In this document: positions 1-9,266 of the stretch, piece after piece
How positions within the stretch are numbered: position 1 is the stretch's first letter
How the letters are laid out: every line of letters starts with the position of its first letter
DNA from: Candidatus Thorarchaeota archaeon
GTDB taxonomy: Archaea; Asgardarchaeota; Thorarchaeia; Thorarchaeales; Thorarchaeaceae
Length of the DNA stretch: 64,000 nt
NCBI GenBank assembly: GCA_046482545.1
Contig: JAWOEX010000019.1
Span: forward strand, 8,243 to 72,242
Reading direction: 5' to 3'
The notes under the pieces: model-generated
Seen by the model: only the letters and a program-made list of their open reading frames with translations
Database searches by the model: none
What the model was told of the DNA's origin: nothing
Position numbers and translations under genes: made by a program

Positions 1-924
1 ATTCTCAAAAAGCTCTTTTGTGCTGGCGGTTTCAACGGTATTGCCAGCATACATAACGGTAACCCAGTCACAGGTTTCGGCCACGACACCCAAGTCGTGA
101 GTTATTATGATGATGGAAGATCCAATCTCTTTCTTGAGATCATTGAGCAAATCGAGCACTTGAGCCTGAACCGTGACATCAAGCGCTGTAGTAGCTTCAT
201 CGGCAATGAGGATGCTCGGATTGCATGATATAGCCATAGCAATAAGTGCTCTCTGACGCATCCCACCAGAAAGCTCATGGGGGTATTGATTAGCCACTTT
301 TTCAGGGCTCGGTATTCTTACTATCTCTAGTATCCTAATGGCTTCTCTCTTTGCAGCCTTCTTGGCATCCTTTTCATCCGGTTCTGGAGGGTCATCTAGC
401 TGCGATTCATAATGTTCTATTTTCGCTTTGATTTCAGAGCGCCTCTCATCTGGAATGTCGCCCTCAAGAGCTTCCTCTAAATTCTCGATCTTCATTTCCA
501 GAACATCGCGTGAAAGGTCCTGATGCAGGTTGACTACTTCGGCTATCTGGTCGCCTATTCGAAAGACTGGATTCGGAAAAGTTGCCGGGTCCTGAAATAC
601 AATAGCAATCCTTCTACCGCGGATTTTAAGCATTTCATCGCTAGCGAGGTCAAGAATAGGTATCTCTGTTATTTCTCCCGTTTCCTTATCTTTGTCGTAG
701 AACCGCACTGAACCTTCTTCGATTACGCCAGGCGCTTCCACAATCCGGAGAATGGATCGTGCAGTAACCGATTTTCCACAGCCAGTTTCGCCCACAAGTC
801 CCATGGTATCTCCCCTTCTCAGGAACATCTCAACACCATCTAGAGCTTTTACGACTCCTTCGTATGTATAGAAATTGGTCTTCAGATTACGAACTTCAAG
901 TACTAGGTCATGAGGTGTCGTCAT
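1..924 (-). CDS. dppD: ABC peptide/oligopeptide transporter ATP-binding subunit (DppD/OppD), runs off the window start
   Basis: Not in the ORF track; translated by hand: MTTPHDLVLEVRNLKTNFYTYEGVVKALDGV..., Walker A GETGCGKS, YPHELSGGMRQR signature, IADEATTALDVTVQAQ Walker B region; directly downstream of the permeases. Confidence 0.93.
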   Translation of the reverse strand, partial: MTTPHDLVLEVRNLKTNFYTYEGVVKALDGVEMFLRRGDTMGLVGETGCGKSVTARSILRIVEAPGVIEEGSVRFYDKDKETGEITEIPILDLASDEMLKIRGRRIAIVFQDPATFPNPVFRIGDQIAEVVNLHQDLSRDVLEMKIENLEEALEGDIPDERRSEIKAKIEHYESQLDDPPEPDEKDAKKAAKREAIRILEIVRIPSPEKVANQYPHELSGGMRQRALIAMAISCNPSILIADEATTALDVTVQAQVLDLLNDLKKEIGSSIIIITHDLGVVAETCDWVTVMYAGNTVETASTKELFEN

Positions 925-928
925 TGTC

Positions 929-2263
929 CTACCTCCGTCTCAGCTTAGGATCAAGAATGTCTCTAATACCGTCACCCACTAGATTGAAAGCTAATGACGT
1001 TATTAGGATGGCCATGCCTGGGAAGAAAACAGGCCATATATTCGAAGTGAAATACAATTGTCCAATCGAAATCATATATCCCCACTCAGCTACCCCAGCA
1101 GGTGGACCGAACCCAATAAACGAAAGACCAGCGGCTGTCAGAAGTACTGCACCAGTATCCATTGTAGCTTGCACAATCAGGGGTTGAATGGTATTTGGAA
1201 TAATATGAAACAGTATGATTCTGGTGTCACGGGCACCCACAGACCTAGCCGCTTCGACATAGAGTTTTTCTCGTTCAGCTAGTACCTGACCCCGTACTAG
1301 GCGAGCGTAGGTGGGCCACCACGTAGCCATGAGAGCAATTGAGATATTGGTCATGCTCCGCTCTCCCATCGCCATGACGATTGCCATTGCGAGAACCAAT
1401 CCAGGAAAAGCAAAGAAAATATCTGTTACTCTCATGATGACTTCGTCTATGGCTCCTCCGAAATAACCCGCAATTGCACCCAGACCAACACCAACAATTA
1501 TAGCGACAAAGACCACAGTAATGCATATTGTAAGGTCCAGTTGCGCCGCCCAAAGAATCCGACTGAAGATGTCTCCTCCGGTATCGTCAGTTCCCCAGAA
1601 ATGTACAGGTCGATTAGACAAAGTACTATCAGACATTGGAGGCAGATTGGTATCTGCCCAAATGCGCTCCTCAGGACCGTATGGTGCGAGCCAAGGAGCA
1701 GCTATAGCCCCAGAGACGATAATGATGATTACAACCAGGCCAATCAAAACAAGGGGGCTCTTTCTGATTAGGTGAAGACTGTAACGAAACTCTCTCAATC
1801 GAGGTTTCATATCTTCAACGAAGCTTGGAATCCAGAATCTCCTCACTTCAGGCTGGAATAACGAGAGGATAGAAACAGCTGCGAGGATAGCGAGATACGC
1901 ACCTAATGGAAAAGGAAGTGTCAGAAAGATAACTACCAAGATGATGTTGACATATAGGCTAGTTGAAAATGGCCAAACCTCTTTTTCTAAGAGATTAACT
2001 GCTACGCTGGTACCCACGATGCCCAAACCAAGAGAAATCACTCCTTGGATTGCCCAAGCCGCAAACAACGGGTCACCTCTTTCAGTTACTAGTAGTCCCG
2101 TGAAATAGGCAGTTAGCTGCGTAACAACAATGATGCCACCGAGCATGAGAGCAGTAGACGCCAGAATCATCTCAAAGATACCAGCCAGCTGAAACTGCCT
2201 GCTAAGTTCACCAAACTTTACTTTCTCGAGTGGCTTATTCTGATTCTCATTCATTGATTCCAT
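929..2263 (-). CDS. dppC: ABC peptide transporter permease (DppC/OppC) with an N-terminal membrane extension
   Basis: HFWGTDDTGGDIFSR, EAARSVGA EAA loop, FNLVGDGIRDILDP C-terminus. Confidence 0.92.
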   Translation of the reverse strand: MESMNENQNKPLEKVKFGELSRQFQLAGIFEMILASTALMLGGIIVVTQLTAYFTGLLVTERGDPLFAAWAIQGVISLGLGIVGTSVAVNLLEKEVWPFSTSLYVNIILVVIFLTLPFPLGAYLAILAAVSILSLFQPEVRRFWIPSFVEDMKPRLREFRYSLHLIRKSPLVLIGLVVIIIIVSGAIAAPWLAPYGPEERIWADTNLPPMSDSTLSNRPVHFWGTDDTGGDIFSRILWAAQLDLTICITVVFVAIIVGVGLGAIAGYFGGAIDEVIMRVTDIFFAFPGLVLAMAIVMAMGERSMTNISIALMATWWPTYARLVRGQVLAEREKLYVEAARSVGARDTRIILFHIIPNTIQPLIVQATMDTGAVLLTAAGLSFIGFGPPAGVAEWGYMISIGQLYFTSNIWPVFFPGMAILITSLAFNLVGDGIRDILDPKLRRR

Positions 2264-2274
2264 ATTCTCAAAAC

Positions 2275-3309
2275 CTATCCATATCTGATTCTAGGATCTA
2301 ATGCACCATAGACCAAATCAACAATCAAATTAGCTGAGACGAAAATGAGGGCTACGAGCAGGGTGAAACCAGTAATAGCTGCCATATCCGAAGTAAGTAT
2401 TGCACCCGTTGCCCACCGACCAAGACCAGGCCAGCTAAATATGCTTTCAGTCAATACTGCTCCGGTAATAAGGCTTCCAAATGCAAGACCTATGACAGTA
2501 ACTGTTGGGATGAGGGCATTTCTCAATGCATGTTTATAGATGACAACCCTTTCAGACAAGCCCTTTGATCGTGCTAGAGTAATGTAGTCTTCTCTCAAAA
2601 CCTCTAGCATACTTGACCGCATCATTCTTGTGATGATTGCTAAAGTAAGATAACCCAGGCAGAATGCAGGCATTATGAGATGAAGCAGTGCATCCACGAA
2701 CAAGCGTATATTGTGAGCAAATAATAGGGAATCAATGAGCAAGAAGCGCGTGACATAATCGAAATCCCGAAAGACGACTGGATTATATCGCTTGTCACCC
2801 GGAAGATGGGGAAGACCATTAATAGCGAGCCAATAGAAGAATACATATTTTAACATCAGGGCAAACCAGAAGATAGGCATAGACACTCCTGCCAATGAAA
2901 AGACTCGGGTTGCGTGATCAACGGGTTCATCCTTTCTCGTCGCAGATACAATCCCTAAGGGGATTCCTAATGCAATTGCGATAATCATAGCAAAAATCGA
3001 GAGCTCGATAGTTGCGGGGAGTTTCTTAGCAATTACTTCTAGGACGGGATTGTAGCTTGCTGAGGTGCTAATGCCCCAGTCTCCTTTGAACAAGTTCAAT
3101 ATGTACAGAAAATACTGCACGTATAACGGGTCATTGAAGCCGTGTTGTTCCCTGATTCCCTCTATCGCGCTTGCAGGCGTATTATCATTGATGTACATCA
3201 CTACGGGGTCTGCAATCACGTGGGATAGGAACCAAACGATTGTGATAACACCAAAGATTACTGGGATGGCAAGAATCACACGCCTTATGACAAAATCCCT
3301 TAGTTTCAT
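2275..3309 (-). CDS. dppB: ABC peptide transporter permease (DppB/OppB)
   Basis: DPLYVQY, EDYITLARSKGL, HALRNALIP, ESIFSWPGLG, LDPRIR motifs. Confidence 0.94.
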   Translation of the reverse strand: MKLRDFVIRRVILAIPVIFGVITIVWFLSHVIADPVVMYINDNTPASAIEGIREQHGFNDPLYVQYFLYILNLFKGDWGISTSASYNPVLEVIAKKLPATIELSIFAMIIAIALGIPLGIVSATRKDEPVDHATRVFSLAGVSMPIFWFALMLKYVFFYWLAINGLPHLPGDKRYNPVVFRDFDYVTRFLLIDSLLFAHNIRLFVDALLHLIMPAFCLGYLTLAIITRMMRSSMLEVLREDYITLARSKGLSERVVIYKHALRNALIPTVTVIGLAFGSLITGAVLTESIFSWPGLGRWATGAILTSDMAAITGFTLLVALIFVSANLIVDLVYGALDPRIRYG

Positions 3310-3653
3310 TGTTGATTCCCTCTATATGATTTGTACATGTTCAAGTACATATTTATCTGACTACGTACGCATCATATATTCCAAATCATTTTGCCGTCTA
3401 ATCTGATACTTAAGGGTTTGGTTCAATGGAGGGAATCTTTGTTCTACGAGAGACGTTTCGTTGTGATTCTCTGGTCGTACTTCCATCGAATATGTCATCG
3501 TACGTGAGAAAGTCCAATTCTAGCGGTATATCCTGCGAATTAATTTGATGCATAACTTATATTAGAGGCAATTCTGTTGTCATAACTATCGCGACTCCAA
3601 AATGGACATGAAGCGTAAACCACTTGTCCAAAACGCGAAAGAAGGAGGAAAAA

Positions 3654-5513
3654 ATGGAGAGAAACTACATAATAGCAGTAGTAGTCATTGTTATTATTGC
3701 AGGTGCAGCAGGTGCGTATATCCTGATGCAACCAGCAGCTCCAACCGGACAGACTGTTGTGTGGGAAACAATTGGTAACCCCAATTATATGGACCCACAT
3801 GTCAACTATGAGTCGTTCGGTTCTTGGATTCATTACAATGTCTATGAAACGCTATATACATACGAATGGGATAGTGTGGACACAGAGCCTACTCAACCGC
3901 TCTTGGCTACAGACTATACTGTATCAAGTGACGGCCTGAACTACACGTTTACACTGCGAGAAGGTGTGACATTTCATGATGGCACTCCGTTTAACGCCTC
4001 GTGTGTGAGATACAACTTTGAACGTGTACTGGCTGTATTTGACACTGGCGGTCCTGCATGGATGCTGGCTGAACCCATATTGGGTGGCCAAGCCATTGAA
4101 GATGCAGCATATGCTTATGGAGCTGGAAGTCCACAGCACGAAGGAAACTTCACCGAATGGCAGGAAGCCAATGAGGATGGTACAGGAGCCATCATCGTCA
4201 TGGATGAGTACACTGTGAGAATCAGGCTCGCATATCCATACGCAGCATTTCTACCCGCAATCACCTACGAAGTTGGCGCAATGATCAGTCCGACTTTTGT
4301 TGAGAATAATGGCGGGATAGAAGTAGGTTCCCACAACGAAGTCCTTGACGAGGAGACCTGTGGTACCGGACCATACATGCTTGACGAATGGGAAATTGAC
4401 GATCATATTACCCTCGTCCAGTATGACAACTACTGGAGACGATCTATTGCCAAGTCTCAGTTCCCGAATGCAGGTGCAGTTGAAACCATCATTATCAACA
4501 CAGTTGATGATGTCAACAGCAGAATCCTGAATATCGAAGCGGGAGAGTCCGATGTCTGTTATTGGCCAACCAGCCATTCTGAGGACATATACCAAGAGGT
4601 AGATGATTTGCCTCCGTTCTCCGAGAACGATGGCACTCTTCAGAGTCAGGATGACAATCTCAAGGTATGGGCGAAGTACCCAGGATACAACTTAGCATCG
4701 ATACACTTCCTCATGTCCGAGACCTATAATAAGTCAGGAGATGTCCTACTGAACCCATTCTACCTCAAGAATCTGAGACAAGCAGCCAGCTACGCCTTCG
4801 ACTATCAAACCTTCATCGACACAGTGATTTATGGTCACGGCGTACAAGGGCGAGGCCCTGTTCCTATAGGGATGTTCGGTCACGATGACGATGCCTTCCA
4901 GTACAACTACAGTATCGATGATGCTGTAACAAAGTGGGACGCTGCCATGGCAGACGGTTTGGGTGATATCCTAGACAACTGCTCCTATACAATCGACCTC
5001 TACTACAACAGCGGTAACGAGGTTCGTAGGAAGGGTATGATGCTGCTCAGAGATGGCCTCTATGAAGTGCTAAATGAGACCACAGAAGCGCCTGCGGAAG
5101 ATGTCAGTATCAACGTTCAGGGAGTTGAGTGGTCAACATACATTGGTCGGTTGATCAGTGGTGACATGCCCGCCTTCATGATTGGATGGGCGCCAGACTA
5201 CGCTGACCCTGACAACTATGTCGTACCGTATGTCAGCAGCTGGGGCACCTATTCCGGTTTCCAGCGCATTGCGGACTCACCAGGCTGGGATGCCGAAAAA
5301 GTCGATGGCTGGATTACCGATGCAGCTCAGTCTCAGGATGATGAAGAGCGTATCGGGTTCTATGAGGACATTCAGGCAGAAATCATCGAGCATGCTGCCT
5401 ATATCTGGGTATACCAGTCAACAGTATTCCATGTTGAGCGTGCTGAAATGAATGGGTACCAGTACAACCCAATGCATGACGCATATCTCTTCCACTACTG
5501 GAAGTCAGAGTGA
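3654..5513 (+). CDS. dppA: ABC peptide transporter substrate-binding protein (family 5)
   Basis: N-terminal TM anchor; YTFTLREGVTFHDGTPFNA, GTGPY, GWAPDYADPDNY motifs; GGAGG RBS before ATG 3654; divergent from the permeases. Confidence 0.93.
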   Translation: MERNYIIAVVVIVIIAGAAGAYILMQPAAPTGQTVVWETIGNPNYMDPHVNYESFGSWIHYNVYETLYTYEWDSVDTEPTQPLLATDYTVSSDGLNYTFTLREGVTFHDGTPFNASCVRYNFERVLAVFDTGGPAWMLAEPILGGQAIEDAAYAYGAGSPQHEGNFTEWQEANEDGTGAIIVMDEYTVRIRLAYPYAAFLPAITYEVGAMISPTFVENNGGIEVGSHNEVLDEETCGTGPYMLDEWEIDDHITLVQYDNYWRRSIAKSQFPNAGAVETIIINTVDDVNSRILNIEAGESDVCYWPTSHSEDIYQEVDDLPPFSENDGTLQSQDDNLKVWAKYPGYNLASIHFLMSETYNKSGDVLLNPFYLKNLRQAASYAFDYQTFIDTVIYGHGVQGRGPVPIGMFGHDDDAFQYNYSIDDAVTKWDAAMADGLGDILDNCSYTIDLYYNSGNEVRRKGMMLLRDGLYEVLNETTEAPAEDVSINVQGVEWSTYIGRLISGDMPAFMIGWAPDYADPDNYVVPYVSSWGTYSGFQRIADSPGWDAEKVDGWITDAAQSQDDEERIGFYEDIQAEIIEHAAYIWVYQSTVFHVERAEMNGYQYNPMHDAYLFHYWKSE

Positions 5514-5544
5514 TTCATGCTCAGCAGTGACTTAGTTTAATACT

Positions 5545-5577
5545 GCAGAGGGTATTGCCCTCTGCTCCTTTTTTTTT
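5545..5577 (+). terminator. Hairpin plus T-tract terminator
   Basis: GCAGAGGG-tattg-CCCTCTGC followed by TCC and T9, about 30 bp after the SBP stop. Confidence 0.75.
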
Positions 5578-5693
5578 GAACCGTTTTCGAGATTACTACA
5601 ATACCGGAGGAACACTCACCGATTTTCATCCTGCGTAGTAGAGATGACTTAAAATCAGATATGATTAATTGGTTACGAAGAGATGGGGCTACA

Positions 5694-6560
5694 ATGAAAA
5701 TGAGCGAAAAGCCAAGCCTTGCTAATATGGACTTATTCGATATGTTTGGCCTTTGGTGGGATGTAGCATGGGTACGGTATCTCGTACTTTCGCTTATTCC
5801 GATCGGAGTTATCGATGGCATCTATACATCGCTTCTATTTGCAGCTCATGGGCCTGAACATGAATACAACCTGCTGGTTCGGTTGGCGTTCATGAATAAT
5901 TTGGGTATGGTCTGGGTTATTGTGAACATCGTGTCATTTGCCATGTTCGCAATGCTCGCGGGATCATACTATTTGCACACACGAGAGAATGTTTTTGGAA
6001 ATAAAACACGATGGCTTTCACTGCTGATCAGTATCAGGGTTGGCGGAGCACTCTACAACATATTCGTCTACTATTGGATATGGCAAGCAGGCTTCCTCGC
6101 TATGCTCGGAATGTTTCTAGTATGTATCGGGATGAACACTCTTTTGAGCCAAGATGGGGATGTATCAATGGAGAGATTCAAGAGATATTTCAGAGCAAGA
6201 TATGATAGATTTCATGATGCTTTGTTAACGAGGGGCATCGATCAAACACCTGAAGAGAAGGTGCTTATTATGAATGAAGAAGACAGCAACAAGAAGACGG
6301 ATAGGGCAAACACTTGGCCTAAGCGGACAGCATACATGCTCATCGCAGTTTTGGTTTTTGTTAGCATCCCATTCATCTTAACTGAGATTGCACGTCTAAC
6401 CGGAGCGTTAGATTGGACTGGAGTGTTTGGAGGTACATTCTACTGGAATTACATTTCTGGCCCCACATTCATGATTGGGTTTATCATGGTTATCGGAGTG
6501 GTTGCTTTAGCAGTCTATCTCATGTTCAAAGCATTTGATACAAGTAAAGGCGCCTGGTAG
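5694..6560 (+). CDS. Hypothetical multi-pass membrane protein (DUF5658-like N-terminus)
   Basis: Long ORF with about 7 hydrophobic segments; D-x-x-x-T...E-x-N pattern near the N-terminus. Confidence 0.7.
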   Translation: MKMSEKPSLANMDLFDMFGLWWDVAWVRYLVLSLIPIGVIDGIYTSLLFAAHGPEHEYNLLVRLAFMNNLGMVWVIVNIVSFAMFAMLAGSYYLHTRENVFGNKTRWLSLLISIRVGGALYNIFVYYWIWQAGFLAMLGMFLVCIGMNTLLSQDGDVSMERFKRYFRARYDRFHDALLTRGIDQTPEEKVLIMNEEDSNKKTDRANTWPKRTAYMLIAVLVFVSIPFILTEIARLTGALDWTGVFGGTFYWNYISGPTFMIGFIMVIGVVALAVYLMFKAFDTSKGAW

Positions 6561-6613
6561 ATTCGGGCATTTTTTCAAATCTGATTTCGTGTGATTTCTT
6601 GTCTAGCTCAGGA

Positions 6614-6895
6614 TATAACCTGTCTCTTACAGCTGTAGCAACTGCTTGAAACTTCTGTGTTCCGCCCTTCTTCTGCCAGCGTTACCGCCCCCAAGATACC
6701 CGTAGGCCCTTGAGTCAGCAGGGGCTTCGGCCGCGTGCTTCGTGACAGAACACTAGCCCCCTTCTCTAGTCCTGCTGGGACGAAGTTCCGTACTGAGCCT
6801 AACAAACTCCCCTCGTCTGTGGTCAGGAAAGGAGTTGCAGGAAATCTTACACTGCTCTACCCTGGTTGTTTAGGATTCTGTAAGCTCTTGGTTAT
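6614..6895 (-). mobile_element. Copy 1 (internally deleted, 282 bp) of a non-autonomous structured-RNA element
   Basis: Reverse complement aligns with the 5' and 3' parts of 22073-22633 and 40595-41187; flanked by TCAGGA direct repeats (6608-6613, 6896-6901); imperfect TIR ATAACC-N5-CTTACAG at both ends. Confidence 0.85.
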
Positions 6896-7051
6896 TCAGG
6901 AAACCTACATTTAATATTGTTAAGGTGATAGCTCTGTGTTAGAATACCCAAATGTGAAGTAGGTATCTTGGTCGTAGAAACCTAACTTCACAGCAAGGGA
7001 CAGAATAGAAGTTAACAAAAGTATTAGATTGTTCGAAGATGGAGGTTTACT

Positions 7052-7813
7052 ATGCTCGACAGATACAGCAAATTAACTGATTTTGAGGTGTTCACTGAAG
7101 AAGAAAAACTAGGCGAAATCCACGATATCTATTTTGAGGACGGTGATTGGCAGGTGAGGTATGCTATCATCGAGTCGGGCGATTGGCTTCTCGGTGAAAG
7201 ATTTATCATCGCAATGGAAGCCCTCGGTAAACCCAACTGGGAAAACAAACGGATTGTCGCTGACGTATCGAGGGAAGACATAGAAAGCAGACCCAAAATT
7301 GATTTTGCTAAACCTGTTTCACGGGACAGACTAAGTGAGCTACATCAGCATTACCAATGGGCACCAGTCATGCCATCTAGTGCACCACCAGGATCGCCAA
7401 TCGTTGGACCATATCCGATTCTACCACCAACCGCTGATATAACAGAGCGGAGAAAGCTACTTGATGAGGCAGAGGAAGGAGAGAGCAGTCTTCGAAGTGC
7501 GCAAGAAGTGGGAGGATATGAAATCGAATGCGAGAATGACTGCATAGGCTCGGTAGAGGATTTCTTCATAGATGAAGATGGTTGGATAATTCGCTACCTT
7601 CTGATAGACATCCGAAGATGGATTAAAGAGAGAAGAGTAATAGTATCTCCGGACTGGGTTTCGGAAATCGATTGGCTGGGAGAAGAGATTGAAGTTGACC
7701 TCACAAAGAACCAAATCGAAAACAGCCCTGAATTTGACCCTTCAGAAGCACCTACAAGGAAATATGAAACAGCCCTCTATGATTTTTATCATCAGCCGGG
7801 CTACTGGCTCTGA
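7052..7813 (+). CDS. Tandem PRC-barrel domain protein
   Basis: Two repeats of the G.I.D.(Y/F).(E/D)...W.(V/I)RY..I...W pattern; SPEFDP motif; GGAGG RBS. Confidence 0.85.
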   Translation: MLDRYSKLTDFEVFTEEEKLGEIHDIYFEDGDWQVRYAIIESGDWLLGERFIIAMEALGKPNWENKRIVADVSREDIESRPKIDFAKPVSRDRLSELHQHYQWAPVMPSSAPPGSPIVGPYPILPPTADITERRKLLDEAEEGESSLRSAQEVGGYEIECENDCIGSVEDFFIDEDGWIIRYLLIDIRRWIKERRVIVSPDWVSEIDWLGEEIEVDLTKNQIENSPEFDPSEAPTRKYETALYDFYHQPGYWL

Positions 7814-7846
7814 AGACGGAACAAAAGCGAATTGAAAACCTGAGCG

Positions 7847-7873
7847 GAGGAAGAGGGTATTTCCCTCTTTCTC
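7847..7873. terminator. Hairpin between convergent genes (likely bidirectional terminator)
   Basis: GAGGAAGAGGG-tattt-CCCTCTTTCTC. Confidence 0.6.
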
Positions 7874-7885
7874 AGCAAACGTCAA

Positions 7886-8914
7886 CTACTGAATGGCCAT
7901 AGTAAGAGCCATCAATGCTTTCTGTACGTGCAGCCTGTTTTCAGCAACATCATAGACGATTGATTTAGCACCGTCAACCACTTCGTTGGTGACCTCTGAG
8001 TTCCTGTCGACTGGACCGCAGTGTGTGAAGAAGGCATCATTGGTTAGCTCCATTTTCTCACTATCGCAAATCCATGCATCATACTGAGCTGCTTGTTCTA
8101 TTTCTAGTTGCTTTGCTTTTTCCACGCCATGTTTCTTTACGCGATCATAGAACTTGGGGGACATCCAATTCCGTGAATAAACAAAGTCTGCATCCTTGTA
8201 AGCCTCTTCCAAATCATCGGTAACTTCAAAATCGGAATCGGCTTCATCCGCATTCTCTTCGCACCACTTCATGACCTCGGGGTCAAGGTCATAGCCTTCC
8301 GGGCGAGCAAGAGTTACATCAAGCCCCAGTCTGCTGTTTATCAAAATGCTCTCCTGAACAGAACACCATGATCTGACAAGGGCACCCTTTCCCCAGACTT
8401 GCAGTATCTTCTTACCCTTCAAATCTTCGCCAGCATGTTCTCTCATACCCATAACATCTGCAAGTCCTTGACATGGGTGGAACCTATCATGAGCCATGCT
8501 TATGATTGGGACGTCTGCGTACTTCACATATTCCTCAAGTAAATCATGCCCCTGACCGTATTCTTCAATGGCAGTCTCAAGGATACGTATACCTATTCCA
8601 GCTGCGTATCTACTCATAACATTAGCTGCATCCTGAACCGTCTCCCCCGCAGATTTCTCAGTCTTGAGACGCATTGTCTTTGGTGTCAAGAATTGAGCAT
8701 GTCCACCTAGTTCGGTAGCGGCGCATTCGAATGATTGCCGAGTTCGGACGCTGGGATTATAGAACATCATGAAAAATGACCTGTGGTCCAGACAGTTATT
8801 CAGCCTATGATCAAAACGTTTGGCTTTCAACTCCTTGGCCAATTCCAAGGTCTTCTCTATTTCATCAATACTCCAATCCTGCGTGCAAAGCAGGTCACGA
8901 CCGTAGAGACTCAT
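7886..8914 (-). CDS. Ornithine/N-acyl-ornithine carbamoyltransferase-family protein (divergent paralog)
   Basis: PSVRTRQSFE, HPCQGLAD, HCGP (canonical HCLP), AENRLHVQKA. Confidence 0.88.
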   Translation of the reverse strand: MSLYGRDLLCTQDWSIDEIEKTLELAKELKAKRFDHRLNNCLDHRSFFMMFYNPSVRTRQSFECAATELGGHAQFLTPKTMRLKTEKSAGETVQDAANVMSRYAAGIGIRILETAIEEYGQGHDLLEEYVKYADVPIISMAHDRFHPCQGLADVMGMREHAGEDLKGKKILQVWGKGALVRSWCSVQESILINSRLGLDVTLARPEGYDLDPEVMKWCEENADEADSDFEVTDDLEEAYKDADFVYSRNWMSPKFYDRVKKHGVEKAKQLEIEQAAQYDAWICDSEKMELTNDAFFTHCGPVDRNSEVTNEVVDGAKSIVYDVAENRLHVQKALMALTMAIQ

Positions 8915-9266
8915 ACTAATTTGGAAGGCTGCCTTGCCCTTAAATCTTCATGTCTTCGGACAAAAGAGCAAATTCTGTTTCAGTTGAATTCCACTTAGAT
9001 TGCCTTTCACCAGTCATCTAGTACGAATAAGAACAGGCGCAAAAGAGCTCTCAAGCAGAAAATTCTATGAATAGTGTTCATTTATCTGTTAAACATGGAA
9101 CAGAGTTTAGTTTTACATTAAACAATGGCAGAAATGAAGCCCTGTTATGAAGCAACTTGATGCACTAGAGATATACTAAACGCGCAAAAAAAAGAGGAGA
9201 AAGGGGGGTCGGGCATTGAATAGACCTGATAATGTTCTGACCCCGGAAATGACAGCCTTACATATG

